This document shows positions 12,301 to 22,061 of a stretch of DNA of 27,704 bases, piece by piece. The translations under genes were made by a program, and so were the position numbers. Positions within the stretch are counted from its first letter, which is position 1, and every line of letters begins with the position of its first letter. Below the pieces are notes generated by a model, which saw only the letters and a program-made list of their open reading frames with translations, was not told where the DNA came from and searched no databases. Source of the DNA: Tubiluchus corallicola (lineage: Eukaryota > Animalia > Priapulida). Location: positions 42,945 to 70,648 of the forward strand of contig JAQGDQ010001011.1 of NCBI GenBank assembly GCA_030141605.1, read 5' to 3'.

Positions 12301-12519
12301 GCAAGCTTGCCACTACTCGCCTACACCGTTTCCGTCCCCGATAAAAATGATGGCATCAACAAGGAACACGCGTTTAAGTTGCAGTTCAAAAATCACATGT
12401 ACTTTTTCCGTGCCGAGAGTGAATATTCCTTTCAGCGGTGGGTTGATGTGGTGGGTAACACTACGAATAATGCGTCACGAACTCGACTGTTTAGTCGTTT
12501 GGACAGTAATATTAACTAG
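9364..12519 (+). CDS. FARP1/2: FERM, ARHGEF (DH) and pleckstrin domain-containing protein (FARP1/FARP2/CDEP orthologue), single coding exon, 1051 aa
   Basis: FERM domain (LLETDYFGLEY, FSWAKVRKLSFKRKRFLIKL), FA region (FWKKCVEHHGFFR, GSQFRYSGRT), DH domain (ELLMTERTYKSDLE), PH1 (FVREGCLQKLSKKGYQQRMFFLFSD), the linker NTSMHVCWHRNTS and PH2 (NQLSGYLLRKFKNSDGWQKLWVVFTNFCLFFYK). The ORF-track start at 9346 is TTG; the first in-frame ATG is 9364 (AATATGG). Confidence 0.96.
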   Translation: MAAHTNSNMNAVSHDAAPARVGLASGASLTPVSTDTPQKGRCVLVTVILLDDTESVFKVPQRAQGIILFHQVCKNLNLLETDYFGLEYTDLRGHRMWLEFQKSLWKQIGGIPNIKLSFVVKFYMPDPGQLEEEYTRYLFALQIKRDLVSGAMPCNDATAALLSSYIVQAECGDFVDEDYPDHKYLSVYKFVPHQCDDMERLIMENHKKHVGLSPADADYMLLDVARKVEMYGVRLHTAKDHEGVPLMLAVAHMGVHVFQNGAKINTFSWAKVRKLSFKRKRFLIKLHPEGFGYYKDTVEFYFTDRNHCKNFWKKCVEHHGFFRCATVKSIPRKKSTLLSKGSQFRYSGRTMKEMVDDVRESHGRRQPFQRSLSGRQSHTHSLVHIAPLSTSVPTINSTFSEPRIRAGSDTSGSHQVGLDSVNTPRSEKIDFAPSDSSHDATPSASPPAVHGVSPKRHAETPPSPIPESPVPAPLQHDENEHLQSGQLKSELHSQPANGVPTYPPPGPIVNSSVSQNQYHLEGNHIHDEAPEVASHLIMKEPPAVPLKRKAYPHDKSYYICKELLMTERTYKSDLEIITVLLRKELDGLEDYEIFKKLMTLIDPIYEVHCVLLREIEERLAQWEARLTGSFKSGQNRMCDVIVHNIEVLNWYMHYQDNLYQLLTALEETCKKRKQFEKFCRSFEMKKECYLPLNCFLMKPMHRLVGYMFLFESLLSHYSRDHVDRADCELALKKVRAVVQDNEVNAIKCENFVKLVEIQRDLGGIDSIVDVRREFVREGCLQKLSKKGYQQRMFFLFSDMLIYANRTSLPTLQFKVHGQLPTKTMIVEETPESKMAVPHCFALYSGSRTISVAAGCEEEKYKWIEDINSAIRAVKESDQRTSLKTPSLKNQAGSLDEGDVEESAEAREKSFQHRANTSMHVCWHRNTSIGSNDYNHALVNQLSGYLLRKFKNSDGWQKLWVVFTNFCLFFYKTHQDEVPLASLPLLAYTVSVPDKNDGINKEHAFKLQFKNHMYFFRAESEYSFQRWVDVVGNTTNNASRTRLFSRLDSNIN

Positions 12520-15474
12520 TTCATAATGATTGCCATCATGAATGAAAAATGTTGCTGTGTTACTATTTTTGATTAAAATCTGTCTTTGGGTAAACTGTAA
12601 AAGTGTTTAGCAAAATGAAGATAATTCGTTGACAAAACGGGATGCAATTCTCTAACATCAGCAGCTTGAACTGCTACTTATTATATGGAAACTTTCATAT
12701 GTTGCTTGTAATCATGCAGCTGTTGAAAGATGATATTCTATAGCAACAGTACTGCGAGTCTGATTATATTTTACAACACAAACTAAATTGAGGTTAAAGA
12801 CACATGAACCACCATCAATATTTATGAGATGGTGCTGACATTGAACGATCTAGTTACAGTCAATACGTTCAGGGATATTCTCACAGTTTATGTTCTGTAA
12901 CTGCCATGTCTGGGCCTGTGATCATTGTGCAGATGATTATAGGTAATGTACAAGTAATCACACTTATTAAAATGCCTTTCTGTGTGTGAGAGACCGATGA
13001 AGTTGCTCGAGTTTTCTTCTTTTGTTTCATCTTCCATGTTTTTGTCAATTTGTTCGTTTTCTTGTAGTTTTGGTGATAGCAGTTTTATTATTTATTTCCT
13101 GTACTTTAGCTGGGTGATATTTAATTATTTATACCTATTATAATTACATGATTTTTTTATACCGGTTTGTGTAGACTCGCATAAAGGTACAGTGTCGTTC
13201 ATTTACTGTATGAATTTTAATTGATTATAGCTCACAGTAGGTGTTGCCGATAAGCTTGTGTATTGCAAGCGTTGAGTTTTTACAAAAGCTAATGAACTTT
13301 TATAGTGTCGAAATCATACAAGTATTCAAAGTGACATTTAACTTTGTCTGTAATAATAGAGAACAGGCTAAAGTGTTGTTTAACTTTCACAGTATCGTGT
13401 TCATTTGACCATTTAATTTGCCTGAAGTGTACTACAATGTGTGGATCTGCATGGACATGCCTTCCTTGGCATAGGCCTGCTCATAGATAAGTATGCTGCC
13501 CTTCTGATGGGCCGTGGGTACGGTACAGGACAGAGCAATAAGATATAGGCAGACACAGCTTAATTTTTATGCTAGCGCAACTCAAGCATACTTTGCTGCA
13601 GTCTTAATTGATCCAGTTTATGTACAAATTATTTACTAGTCTAGCAAATATGTGTAAATAAAAGCAGTAACCGGCTGATAGTGATAACAGCAGGCACTCA
13701 GCAAGGCCGGTGCTAGGAAGTGTGGGTCCCAATTAGAAAATTGTTAGTGGCGCCCTCTAACCTACAAAAGCTGAAGATGGATGTTTTATGCTTCCCTGAA
13801 GTATTCAAATATCTCATCCAGGATTAAGCGAAAACAAGAAGTATATTCGTAGCTTTAATTCTGAATGGTACCAATGGAAAAGTTAGCTTTGCGGCTATGA
13901 AGTAAAAAATGCATTGTTCTGTTTCCCATGTTTGCTGCTTGGAGGTGATGTAGCGTTTCCGAATGTAATTTTTGAAGCAGCACCCCACTAATTTTAGTTA
14001 TGAGGCGCCACTTGCTTCGAGTAGTATGCCAGTCTCAGTCAAAAAGGGCTTGAGGCTCCACGATTAGCCACAATGATGTGTACTAGAAATTGAAAACGTG
14101 TTTAAAATATTTAATGTTTCATTACAAGTCAATATAATTGTGACATGCGGATCAGTAAAAAACGTAGATAAACGATATCAGACTGAATGGTTTCACCGTG
14201 TTCACAGTATCAAGAAACTTCGTGCACACTGGACGCTCATTAATTCGTCCATAGAGTCCTCGGCTCGAGCGTGAGTGCGGGGCTTAACACTGACCATGAC
14301 AGTCAGCAGCAACTAAGTGGACCTGTTGATCACTATAATTATTCCATTGTGTGTAAATCTGTGAGAGCAAGCAGGGTGTGGATTTTTCACTTGGGTGGGT
14401 TGGGGTACAACCTCCAGAATTATTGATTTTAAAGGGCTGTGGTGCATTTTGGCAACTACCCGATGGGCATGGACTGGGCGGGGCTTCGAAAGATGGGCCC
14501 ATGCAGACCTCTAATTACAATGTGATTACAATAAAAAGCTACTTTTTTGTACCGGTAAAATATCTTGATATAATTATTGACAGTAGCTTACCGTCATTGA
14601 TATGCACGATAACATGTTTGGTACAACGTTTTGTGTGGCATTCTTTTAATGCAGGGTTCAACAGTAAAGTTGTCCGAGTATTGCTTGCAATTTAACTTGG
14701 CGGTTGACGACTCTCTTTTGACTGTGTGTGTCAACGTTTTGATGTTAAAATAATGTGAATACTCTCAAGTTGAACTTCCAAAATTTTGCACTATAATTAT
14801 CTAACTTGTAATCTCATTTAAATGATTGTTTAATCAGCGTGGTAAGGCAAAGTCACACATGTGAAGGATTATTACGATTCTCTTGTTGTTTTATTTTATT
14901 TGCAAAAAGTCGTACAGAATGATAGAAATTTCATGAACAGATTTGACATAAACTATATCTTTGTTTCTAGCATATTTGGTAAATGACAATGTTTGTTGCA
15001 ATACACTGTGAACCTTGAATGGCTGTGAACCGCTGCACATTTTATTTCAGCTTTGCTTCTCGTGTTTTTAAATGATTTTGTATGTTGTTGTTTTTCCTAA
15101 CCGTGGCATTCTGTTGATATTCTATGTATGTGTAAATTTGTACTGGTTGTGAATTATGACCACTAAAACCGTAGCGTTTGTATAATACATATCAATTATG
15201 ATAATTTGAATCAAATGACACTTTGCAAGTAAATGTGACGCATTAAAATGTAACTTTTTGTGCGAAATTGTTGTTCTGCAAGTAATGTAATACTTGTTAG
15301 TAATCATTATTCTGTACCTTTTTGGAGACCATTGTGAACCTGTCTCTAGTTTTGTAAGATTTATGATGTGTACATTGGTGATCGCCCGAGAACTCGGAAT
15401 TACTTTGCTTGTGTGCCAGGTTGTTAGAAAGTGTGTACCATAGTTTATTATGTCTGTCCAAATAGCTATAGAAA

Positions 15475-15480
15475 AATAAA
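15475..15480 (+). terminator. Candidate distal poly(A) signal of FARP
   Basis: AATAAA followed by T/GT-rich sequence. More proximal AATAAA motifs exist at 13657 and ~14530. Confidence 0.45.
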
Positions 15481-15525
15481 TGAACATTGTTTTTTGAAAT
15501 TCATAAATTGTTCAGTTTTGATGTT

Positions 15526-15531
15526 TTTATT
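15526..15531 (-). terminator. Candidate poly(A) signal of CCDC43
   Basis: The first minus-strand AATAAA I could find downstream of the CCDC43 stop. Confidence 0.5.
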
Positions 15532-16072
15532 AAACTTTGAGGATGATCCTTGCTATGAGATAGTAACAGAAACAAAGTACCTACTAGGCTGCTAATCATA
15601 ATCATCAAGCTTGATGTCTAGTGCCATCTGTTGGCAAACAAAACAACTAAGTACAGTAGTGCTATCAGCCACATTATTAACATCAGTTACAAGTAACCTG
15701 ATATAAGCCTGCAATGTTGTTACTGTTTTGTTTCCACGCTTTTCATCAGTAATCACTTTTAAATTTCAGTGTTATAAAAAAAAGATGGAAGACAGTGTAT
15801 AGACTCCACTTTCTAGTGCTGCGTCATACTAGACTTTCATACCCACCTTTGCAAGTAGTAAATTACCAAAGCTACATAGACGCTACAGTTCTCGCCTATG
15901 TACATAACAGTTTTGTTATTCAAATTTTTTATACAATACAGTAATAAAAAGGAGTAAATTACAACAGTTAGATTGTCTGTTGGGTCGTTTACGAAACCAA
16001 ATTCCGTAGCATGATACAAGTGCATTTTTGTGATGCCTTGGCTGCAATATGTTTCCGGCAGATATTCTAAAC

Positions 16073-16554
16073 CAGGGGTGTGCAAATTATCTGACTAGCC
16101 AGGCCACATTAAACTTTCCCGCAATTCCTGTGGGCCACAGGCAGTTTGATCAAGGAGCCAAGTACAGAAAGGCCTAATAACGATTTTTTTGCATCCGATT
16201 TGCGCACATCATTACTACTACACTCAAGAAACTATTTTAGAAGTTATTAAAATTTATATTACTAACCATATATTTCTACTTTCAGGACAGATAGTGGTAA
16301 TTTCACTACAATGCATATTAGTAATGTGTATCACACAGTCTGTGTAGTACAGTGACATTAAGCTACAACCATCTTGTAAGGGTTAATGGCATCCGATCTA
16401 GTAGAAAAAACTACCCGCACTATCTTTGGGATCGTGGCACGGACTTTAGCTGGATACACTCAATTAATCGCCCGGGCCGCACTTTCATTAGGCTGACAAA
16501 TCTCTTCGCGGGCCGCACAAATTCTCTCGTCGGGCCGCAATTTGCACACCCCTG
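16073..16554 (+). mobile_element. hAT (Charlie-like) MITE, complete, 482 bp
   Basis: 16-bp TIRs CAGGGGTGTGCAAATT / AATTTGCACACCCCTG, 8-bp TSD TTCTAAAC/TTCTAAAG, and subterminal GGGCCGCA repeats. Confidence 0.9.
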
Positions 16555-16754
16555 TTCTAAAGCAAGCAATTTTGGCTCCTCGCTGTTTGTACAACTGAAT
16601 AACTGTGTTTCACATGCTGACTTACAGTATTCCAAGAAACAGCATTTAAGTTCGCGCAAAACCACAGTGAACAGAGAAATCTCATAATGTCATGTCGATG
16701 TTAACACAGCCCACTTTATCATTAAGTAAATGATAAGAGACCAAATGATTTTTG

Positions 16755-17202
16755 CTACCGTCGTTTTTCTTGCTTTTGTGTGCGTTTCTTTTCTCGTTCT
16801 TTTCTTGCTTCTGCTTTCTTTTTTTGTTCTTCTCTGTTCGACTGATCCTGTAGTTTTTTCTTATCGTGTTCCTCTTTCTTCTTCTCCCTCTTCAATTTTT
16901 CGGCTTGCATTACGGACTGGACATTTTCATTCTTGAATAGTTTGTATTCACTATCATCATCTTCGTTATCATTAGCGTCACCTTTGTTAAAATCAACCGA
17001 GTCAATGCTATCATCACATCCTTCTGAAACATGACTGTACCGAGATAACAAAGCATCCCTGGCTTTTTTCTCTTCTTCAGTTTTTGTCTTCTCTTTATTA
17101 ACTGATTTAATACCTTTTCCTATTAACTTAGCTAGTTGCTCTTCTGCAGAAAAATGGATTCCCTCCTCTGGTAGTTTTTGATCCGTGTTACTCAATTCCC
17201 AC
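16755..17202 (-). CDS. CCDC43: Coiled-coil domain-containing protein 43, exon 2
   Basis: EEEKKARDALLSRYSHV...LFKNENVQSV...KEREKKRTQKQEKRR* matches the CCDC43 C-terminus. The TTGCAG acceptor ends at 17203. Confidence 0.9.
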
Positions 17203-17302
17203 CTGCAATAAAATCATTAATGTGGTATAAATTATGTATGTATTAAGCGGCTGCCGCTAGTCAGAATGTTAACAATAACAGATACTAAAAGTAATAGTAA
17301 AC

Positions 17303-17505
17303 CTTGTCATAATATCATTGCAGATTTTACTTGGCTCCTCAACACAGGTTTGAAAAACTTCGCACAGAGCTTCCAACTTCTCTTCTTTGCTTTCTTCCCC
17401 ATCTAATATACTTGTAATATAGGGACTGAAGGCATCTGTATCAACACTCAGCTCTTGTAATTGAGCACACAGCCAAACGTCAAAACTATCCGTGGAAGCT
17501 GCCAT
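17303..17505 (-). CDS. CCDC43: Coiled-coil domain-containing protein 43, exon 1
   Basis: MAASTDSFDVWLCAQLQELSVD...YITSILDGEESKEEKLEAL matches the CCDC43 N-terminus. A phase-2 100-bp GT-AG intron (17203-17302) joins IMTR|WEL in frame, giving 216 aa. Upstream in-frame ATGs also exist. Confidence 0.88.
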
Positions 17506-17681
17506 TTCTAAATATGCCATTGCAAACTGCATCTTGATTTGCTCCTGGCGGACCTTTGTGCAATCAACCAATCAGAATACGGTTTATTGTTATCACATGA
17601 GCCTGCTGTACGTACAGTCTAAACGTACACGACTGGCTCTCTGTACCGTGTTGATGGATTGATGTTAATGAAACTTTTGAC
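17506..17681. promoter_or_regulatory. Bidirectional promoter CCDC43/GTF2H3 with CCAAT box
   Basis: Divergent start codons are 176 bp apart, with AACCAATCAGA (CCAAT at 17568-17572) between them. Confidence 0.7.
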
Positions 17682-17694
17682 ATGAGTGAAAGAG
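17682..17694 (+). CDS. GTF2H3: General transcription factor IIH subunit 3 (p34/Tfb4), coding exon 1
   Basis: ATGAGTGAAAGAG|GTATAG, 13 nt and phase 1, which fits exon 2. Confidence 0.6.
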
Positions 17695-17921
17695 GTATAG
17701 TTCTGTTACATATCAAAATTTATCCGTTACACATTAGCATACTGAGAGGAGAACTCGAAGTCTGATTTTGTACTTGTAACGCTTTTCACCATTTTTCTTG
17801 TGTGTTTTTCAGTCGAGTTTCTGTTAACATTATTTTGCTGTATTATATACTATTAATATCTAAGTTTGCTAAAGAATATTTTATGAAATGCTGAATTAAT
17901 TTAAACAATTTACGTAAACGT

Positions 17922-18639
17922 ACCGCTGTTGGTATGTCCTTATTTAATGAATGTGGTATAATAATTCTCGAAGACTTGGTTATATATCACTTGTCTATTT
18001 ATATGTACAAGACATACTACAACTTGTTTCCCACTTCCTTTGCAAATCCCATTACAGCAAATCCTAAACATTACTTTACAAGGTTCAACGAATATCATGT
18101 CCCTTACTGTCGTACTAATAGTGCCAGGCACTTTATTAAATTCACAGCCCCCAATAACTGGAATAAAATAAGTGCCCAAGTAAAAATACACAAAACTATT
18201 TATAGTTTCAAAAACTACTTGAAAAGGATCATTTTTGATTCATACTTATAATACAATTTTAATGGTTCCATGTCTCAGGCAGTCGCAATATATGGCCTCC
18301 AATCAATTATAATGCTATTTTAATATAGCTGTATGTAAATTAAACATACACTGTGGTCGTTTCTTCTCCTCTTTTCTTTCTTCCTATCCCTAATCTTTTT
18401 TTTCCATTCCATCATGTCTACTAACCCTAACCATTCTTTCATTCACTCATTTGTGCCACATTAATAAGCCAAGCTTTCAAGGTGTCATACAGCAACTCTT
18501 TTATTTGGTTAATTTGACTTCATCAACGTTTTTTTTCCTATACTGTTTTTGTTTCAATAATATTGTATGTTGATGTATTGTATATGTATTGCTGGAGTGA
18601 AATAAATTGGTTGATTGATTGATTGATTGATTGATTGAT
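17922..18639 (+). mobile_element. 5'-truncated L2/CR1-group (Crack-like) LINE in GTF2H3 intron 1
   Basis: RT-ORF C-terminus LFNECGII...HYFTR...RTNSARHFIKFTAPNNWNKI...SFKNYLK* (to 18251), a 3' UTR, AATAAA and a (TTGA)n tail. Candidate TSD TAAACGT at 17915-17921 and 18640-18646. Confidence 0.85.
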
Positions 18640-18814
18640 TAAACGTTTAGTGAATTCCCCATACATGGTCATACAGGGACCAGATTTAAAATGAAATGCC
18701 AAGTTCTGTTGAAGCTGTCGATTTTTTTTTACATTTCATTTTAAGTACATTTGAATCTTAAACTTGGATATGTAATTTCAATATAATTTGTATTACTTTG
18801 ATTATTTTTTGCAG

Positions 18815-18906
18815 GTGATGAACACGCTGGATCTCTATTAGTTGTAATTCTGGACATAAACCCGCTTTGGTGGTCAAATCATCTACAAAAATATCAAGAT
18901 GGCAAT
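18815..18906 (+). CDS. GTF2H3: GTF2H3 coding exon 2
   Basis: TTTTTTGCAG acceptor; encodes DEHAGSLLVVILDINPLWW (Tfb4 motif LLVIVVDxNPIWW); GTAATT donor. Confidence 0.88.
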
Positions 18907-18930
18907 GTAATTTGATTTTATTGTTGTACT

Positions 18931-19367
18931 CAGGGCTGGAACTAGATGTGGCAAGCAGGGGGGGGGGGGCGCAAAAATTTTCTGGGGGGGGGGCGAGGTA
19001 TCCGAAGTGGTTAAATAATGGTTAAGCCAATTTTTAACCCCTTTTATACTGCATGCAGGCCTATAATTAGCGTGTGTAGGACGGCGTAGCGGACAGAGCA
19101 ATAATGAGAAAATTAACTCTCAGTTAACCTAACGTTATTAATGTGCCTCTAACTAAATTGTTATTTACAGAAAATAATCACACACAAGTTTTAAGAAAAT
19201 AATACACTGAAGCTACCAAACATTTTTTTACCTAATTCTAATTCATATTGAAAATGATTACACGCGAACTGCAATTTTCACTGCAAAAAAAATTATTTGT
19301 CCGATTTTGCAAGGGGGGCGCAAATTTTGACAGGGGCCCCCCTCGCTCCCCCCTAGTTCCGCCCCTG
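18931..19367. mobile_element. hAT-type MITE, 437 bp
   Basis: TIRs CAGGGCTGGAACTAG / CTAGTTCCGCCCCTG (13/15). Perfect 8-bp TSD GTTGTACT at 18923-18930 and 19368-19375. Confidence 0.88.
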
Positions 19368-19585
19368 GTTGTACTGTCATAGTCATTAGCTTCACAGAAA
19401 TGGCCATTTATGAATATCAATATGAATTTTTAGAGAAGTATTGAATTAAAGCCTGAGCTCTTCTCGTAGACTTTCTCTTTCCTGGTCATTATCTTAGAAA
19501 TCTCGTTACATTCTCCACAATGTCTACTTGCTTTACGATGTAACTTTTCTACACACGAGAGATTCTTATTTCTTGCATCCAAATA

Positions 19586-19908
19586 CAGTCAACCCTCGTT
19601 AAACCGGACTAAATTGGGGTGGTCCGGTTTAGCCGATTGTCCGATTTATCCTATATGCCTATATATGGTCTATATTATACAGGAATAATCACCTTAATAA
19701 CGCCTATATACATTGCACTATATACTATACTGTATATTACTTTAAAATAGTTAACCTGTGAGGATAAAGAAATTATTGTACAGTTGGTAGGCCGTGTTGT
19801 GTTTAGCGCTCGGGCTCGGACGGAAATCGGTCAGTTTCCTTTACCACGGATGATGTCCGTCTTATCCGATATCCGGGCTAACGGGGTCCGGTTTAACGAG
19901 GATTTTAC
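19586..19908. mobile_element. Tc1/mariner Tigger/pogo-like MITE, right terminus clipped
   Basis: TA|CAGTCAACCCTCGTTAAACCGGAC on the left and GTCCGGTTTAACGAGGATTTTAC on the right. Confidence 0.8.
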
Positions 19909-20029
19909 AAAAGAAATTATAAATAAATAAATTATAAATAAAATTATAAAATAACCAAGTCAAAATGATCTACTTACTATGACCAAGAAGACGACTGGGC
20001 AGACCAATTTGGAAGTAGCCAGCAAGCTG

Positions 20030-20213
20030 AAAAAGTGTGGTCACCCCTGATATAGCGGGATTCCCAGACTTTACTTTCAGCTTAGGCTCAGTAGTGCACG
20101 CTTCAATCAGTGGCTGTTTCATCGTTTCATCAGATGTAGAGTTCTTATAGATCAGAATCATGGATAAGAAAAAAAGGAAGACTGAAGAAGAACAGCAAGT
20201 CAAAACAGAGTAA
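20030..20213 (+). mobile_element. hAT debris: a terminal ...GGTCACCCCTG (20049) and a possible transposase N-terminus
   Basis: A Charlie-like TIR end followed by ATATAG. The peptide MDKKKRKTEEEQQV (20160-20213) resembles the KKRK..E start of Charlie/GTF2IRD2-type transposases. Confidence 0.3.
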
Positions 20214-20219
20214 TATGCG

Positions 20220-20499
20220 CTGTACTACACAGACTGTGTGATACACATTACTAATATGCATTGCAATGAAATTACCACTATCTGTCGTGAAAGTAGAAAT
20301 ATATGGTTTGTAATATAAATTTTAATAACTTCTAAAATAGTTTCTTGAGTGTAGTAGTAATGATGTGCGCAAATCGGATGCAAAAAAATGGTTATTAGGC
20401 CTTTCTGTACTTGGCTCCTTGACCAAACTGCATGTGGCCCACAGGAATTGCGGGAATGTTTAATGTGGCCCGGCTAGTCAGATAATTTGCACACCCCTG
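20220..20499 (-). mobile_element. Truncated inverted second copy of the 16073-16554 hAT MITE
   Basis: Reverse complement of 16073-16352 with about 9 substitutions in 280 bp by eye. One TIR is intact at 20499. Confidence 0.92.
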
Positions 20500-20534
20500 A
20501 ACTAAACACTGTATTCACTATGTACTCTAACTCT

Positions 20535-20948
20535 TGTTGGCATCTTTCTGTCTCGGAAGACAATGGAGTGTGCGCCAAGAGAGTCAGTTATTGATCACAT
20601 TGATGGAGCTGCAGCATCGACTGTGGCTGAGCAGTCCGATCCTTGAACGTCTCCAGGACACACGCCTGGGCAAGGTGTATTGAGATCCTGAGTTGCCCAG
20701 ACAACAGGAACCCCCTCTCTTCCTCCCTGGTGTAGTCCAAAGGAAAGCGGAGCGATACGTTTGGTACCAGGTTGGCTGCCGGAGTCAGTGAGCATGCTGC
20801 ACTGGTCCGCCTTCGGGGCTCCACTTCTGATTTGGAAGGTTTACTCCTCTACACATGGCCGTTGGGTCACTTGACCTCCTCCGCCCTCTAGCCATTGGCT
20901 GCTTGTGCAGCTCCTCCGCCTAGTGTCAGATACAGTGTGGGCATCCCG
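20535..20948 (-). mobile_element. Bipartite non-autonomous RTE-derived (SINE-like) retroelement, 414 bp
   Basis: 11-bp TSD ACTCTAACTCT at 20524-20534 and 20949-20959. The 3' part encodes SRIGLLSHSRCCS and ends in an RTE-type hairpin plus CAACA. The 5' part is GC-rich and resembles RTE 5' UTRs. Confidence 0.78.
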
Positions 20949-21226
20949 ACTCTAACTCTAACCAATAATAAAATACATAATTCTTTAATGTTCCATTTTG
21001 CAGAAAATATTTGCTGCTTGCTGAAATATCCCGTCTTGATTATTGTGACGTTTCTATTTACGTTAGCGACCTGTATTTTAATTTTTTACCTTTTTGATAT
21101 TAATCATTTGATTATATAATTAGATTAAATTTCTTATTCATGAAAGAAATTGATAACTACAAAATATTGAAGATTCAAAATTGTTTATTTTGTATTAATA
21201 CATTGGAACTCGTACATTAAAAGATA

Positions 21227-21450
21227 CAGCAATTTCAGTAATTCATTAGATAGCAAAAAATAAAGATATTCTGAATAAACAGTAAATTTTGAAGTATACT
21301 TTAACTAAATACCTAGGTAACTGATTTGTGTTGTAGCAATGCAGCAATTTCAGTAATTCATTAGATACCAAAAAATGAAAATATACAAAATAAAAAGTAA
21401 ATTTTGAAGTATACATTAACTAAATACCTAGTTAACTGATTTGTATTGTA
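21227..21450. repeat. 115-bp tandem duplication, 2 diverged copies
   Basis: CAGCAATTTCAGTAATTCATTAGATA starts at 21227 and 21342. Confidence 0.85.
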
Positions 21451-21550
21451 TTCCATTAAGGAGGCCAGAATTGCAAAAATTTATTTGTGTACAAAAATTG
21501 CAGTTATGCGAAAAATTGTGGTTATTTGGTTATTTCAAGCAACAATAACA

Positions 21551-21720
21551 GTAAGTAAGTAAGTAAGTTTATTAGTTTATCACCATTTTTAAGATAGGAA
21601 AATACATAACTAAGAGATTTATAAATCTGTACAACAGACAATAATATTACAAAGTGCAAAAGTAATTATTGATTAGTGGTGAAAGAACTTTATCGAGGTC
21701 AGCCACCCTCTCAGAATTGT
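21551..21720 (-). mobile_element. Probable LINE 3' end remnant with (TTAC)n tail
   Basis: The minus strand reads AATAAA directly followed by (CTTA)4. The upstream extent is uncertain. Confidence 0.4.
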
Positions 21721-21964
21721 TACTAATATAATTAGTTAATGCGCATGTACCAGGTAATTAAAAATTATCAGATTTTGCTTTTAAGACGAATGAAAATTGA
21801 GTTAAAATAATGTTCAATAATGGGAAAGAAGAAGACCAACCTGGCAAGGTAGGCCTACGTTCTAAAATAAATAAAAATTATGATAAGTGTAATTACAATG
21901 CAGAGATTTTAAATGATCAGAAATTTTGTTTCTCATTCACTTTCTTTCTTTCATTCATTTGTAG

Positions 21965-22056
21965 TGTCTGGATGCTGTCATTGTTTTCTGTAACATGCAT
22001 CTTTCGCTTGATCCAAGAAATAAACTTGCAGTTGTAGCCAGTTACACAAACAGCAG
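21965..22056 (+). CDS. GTF2H3: GTF2H3 coding exon 3
   Basis: Long pyrimidine tract plus TAG; encodes CLDAVIVFCNMHLSLDPRNKLAVVAS (cf. CIDAVMVLGNSHL...NKLAVIAS); CAG|GTAAGT donor. Confidence 0.9.
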
Positions 22057-22061
22057 GTAAG

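Noticed and set aside
9061-12526. Short alternative-frame and antisense ORFs overlapping FARP
   Set aside because: No recognisable homology; expected shadows of a long CDS.
13703-14512. Possible MITE remnants in the FARP 3' region (GGCCGGTGCTAGG... and ...CCCATGCAGACCTCTA)
   Set aside because: Only single terminal-like motifs; no partner TIR or TSD found.
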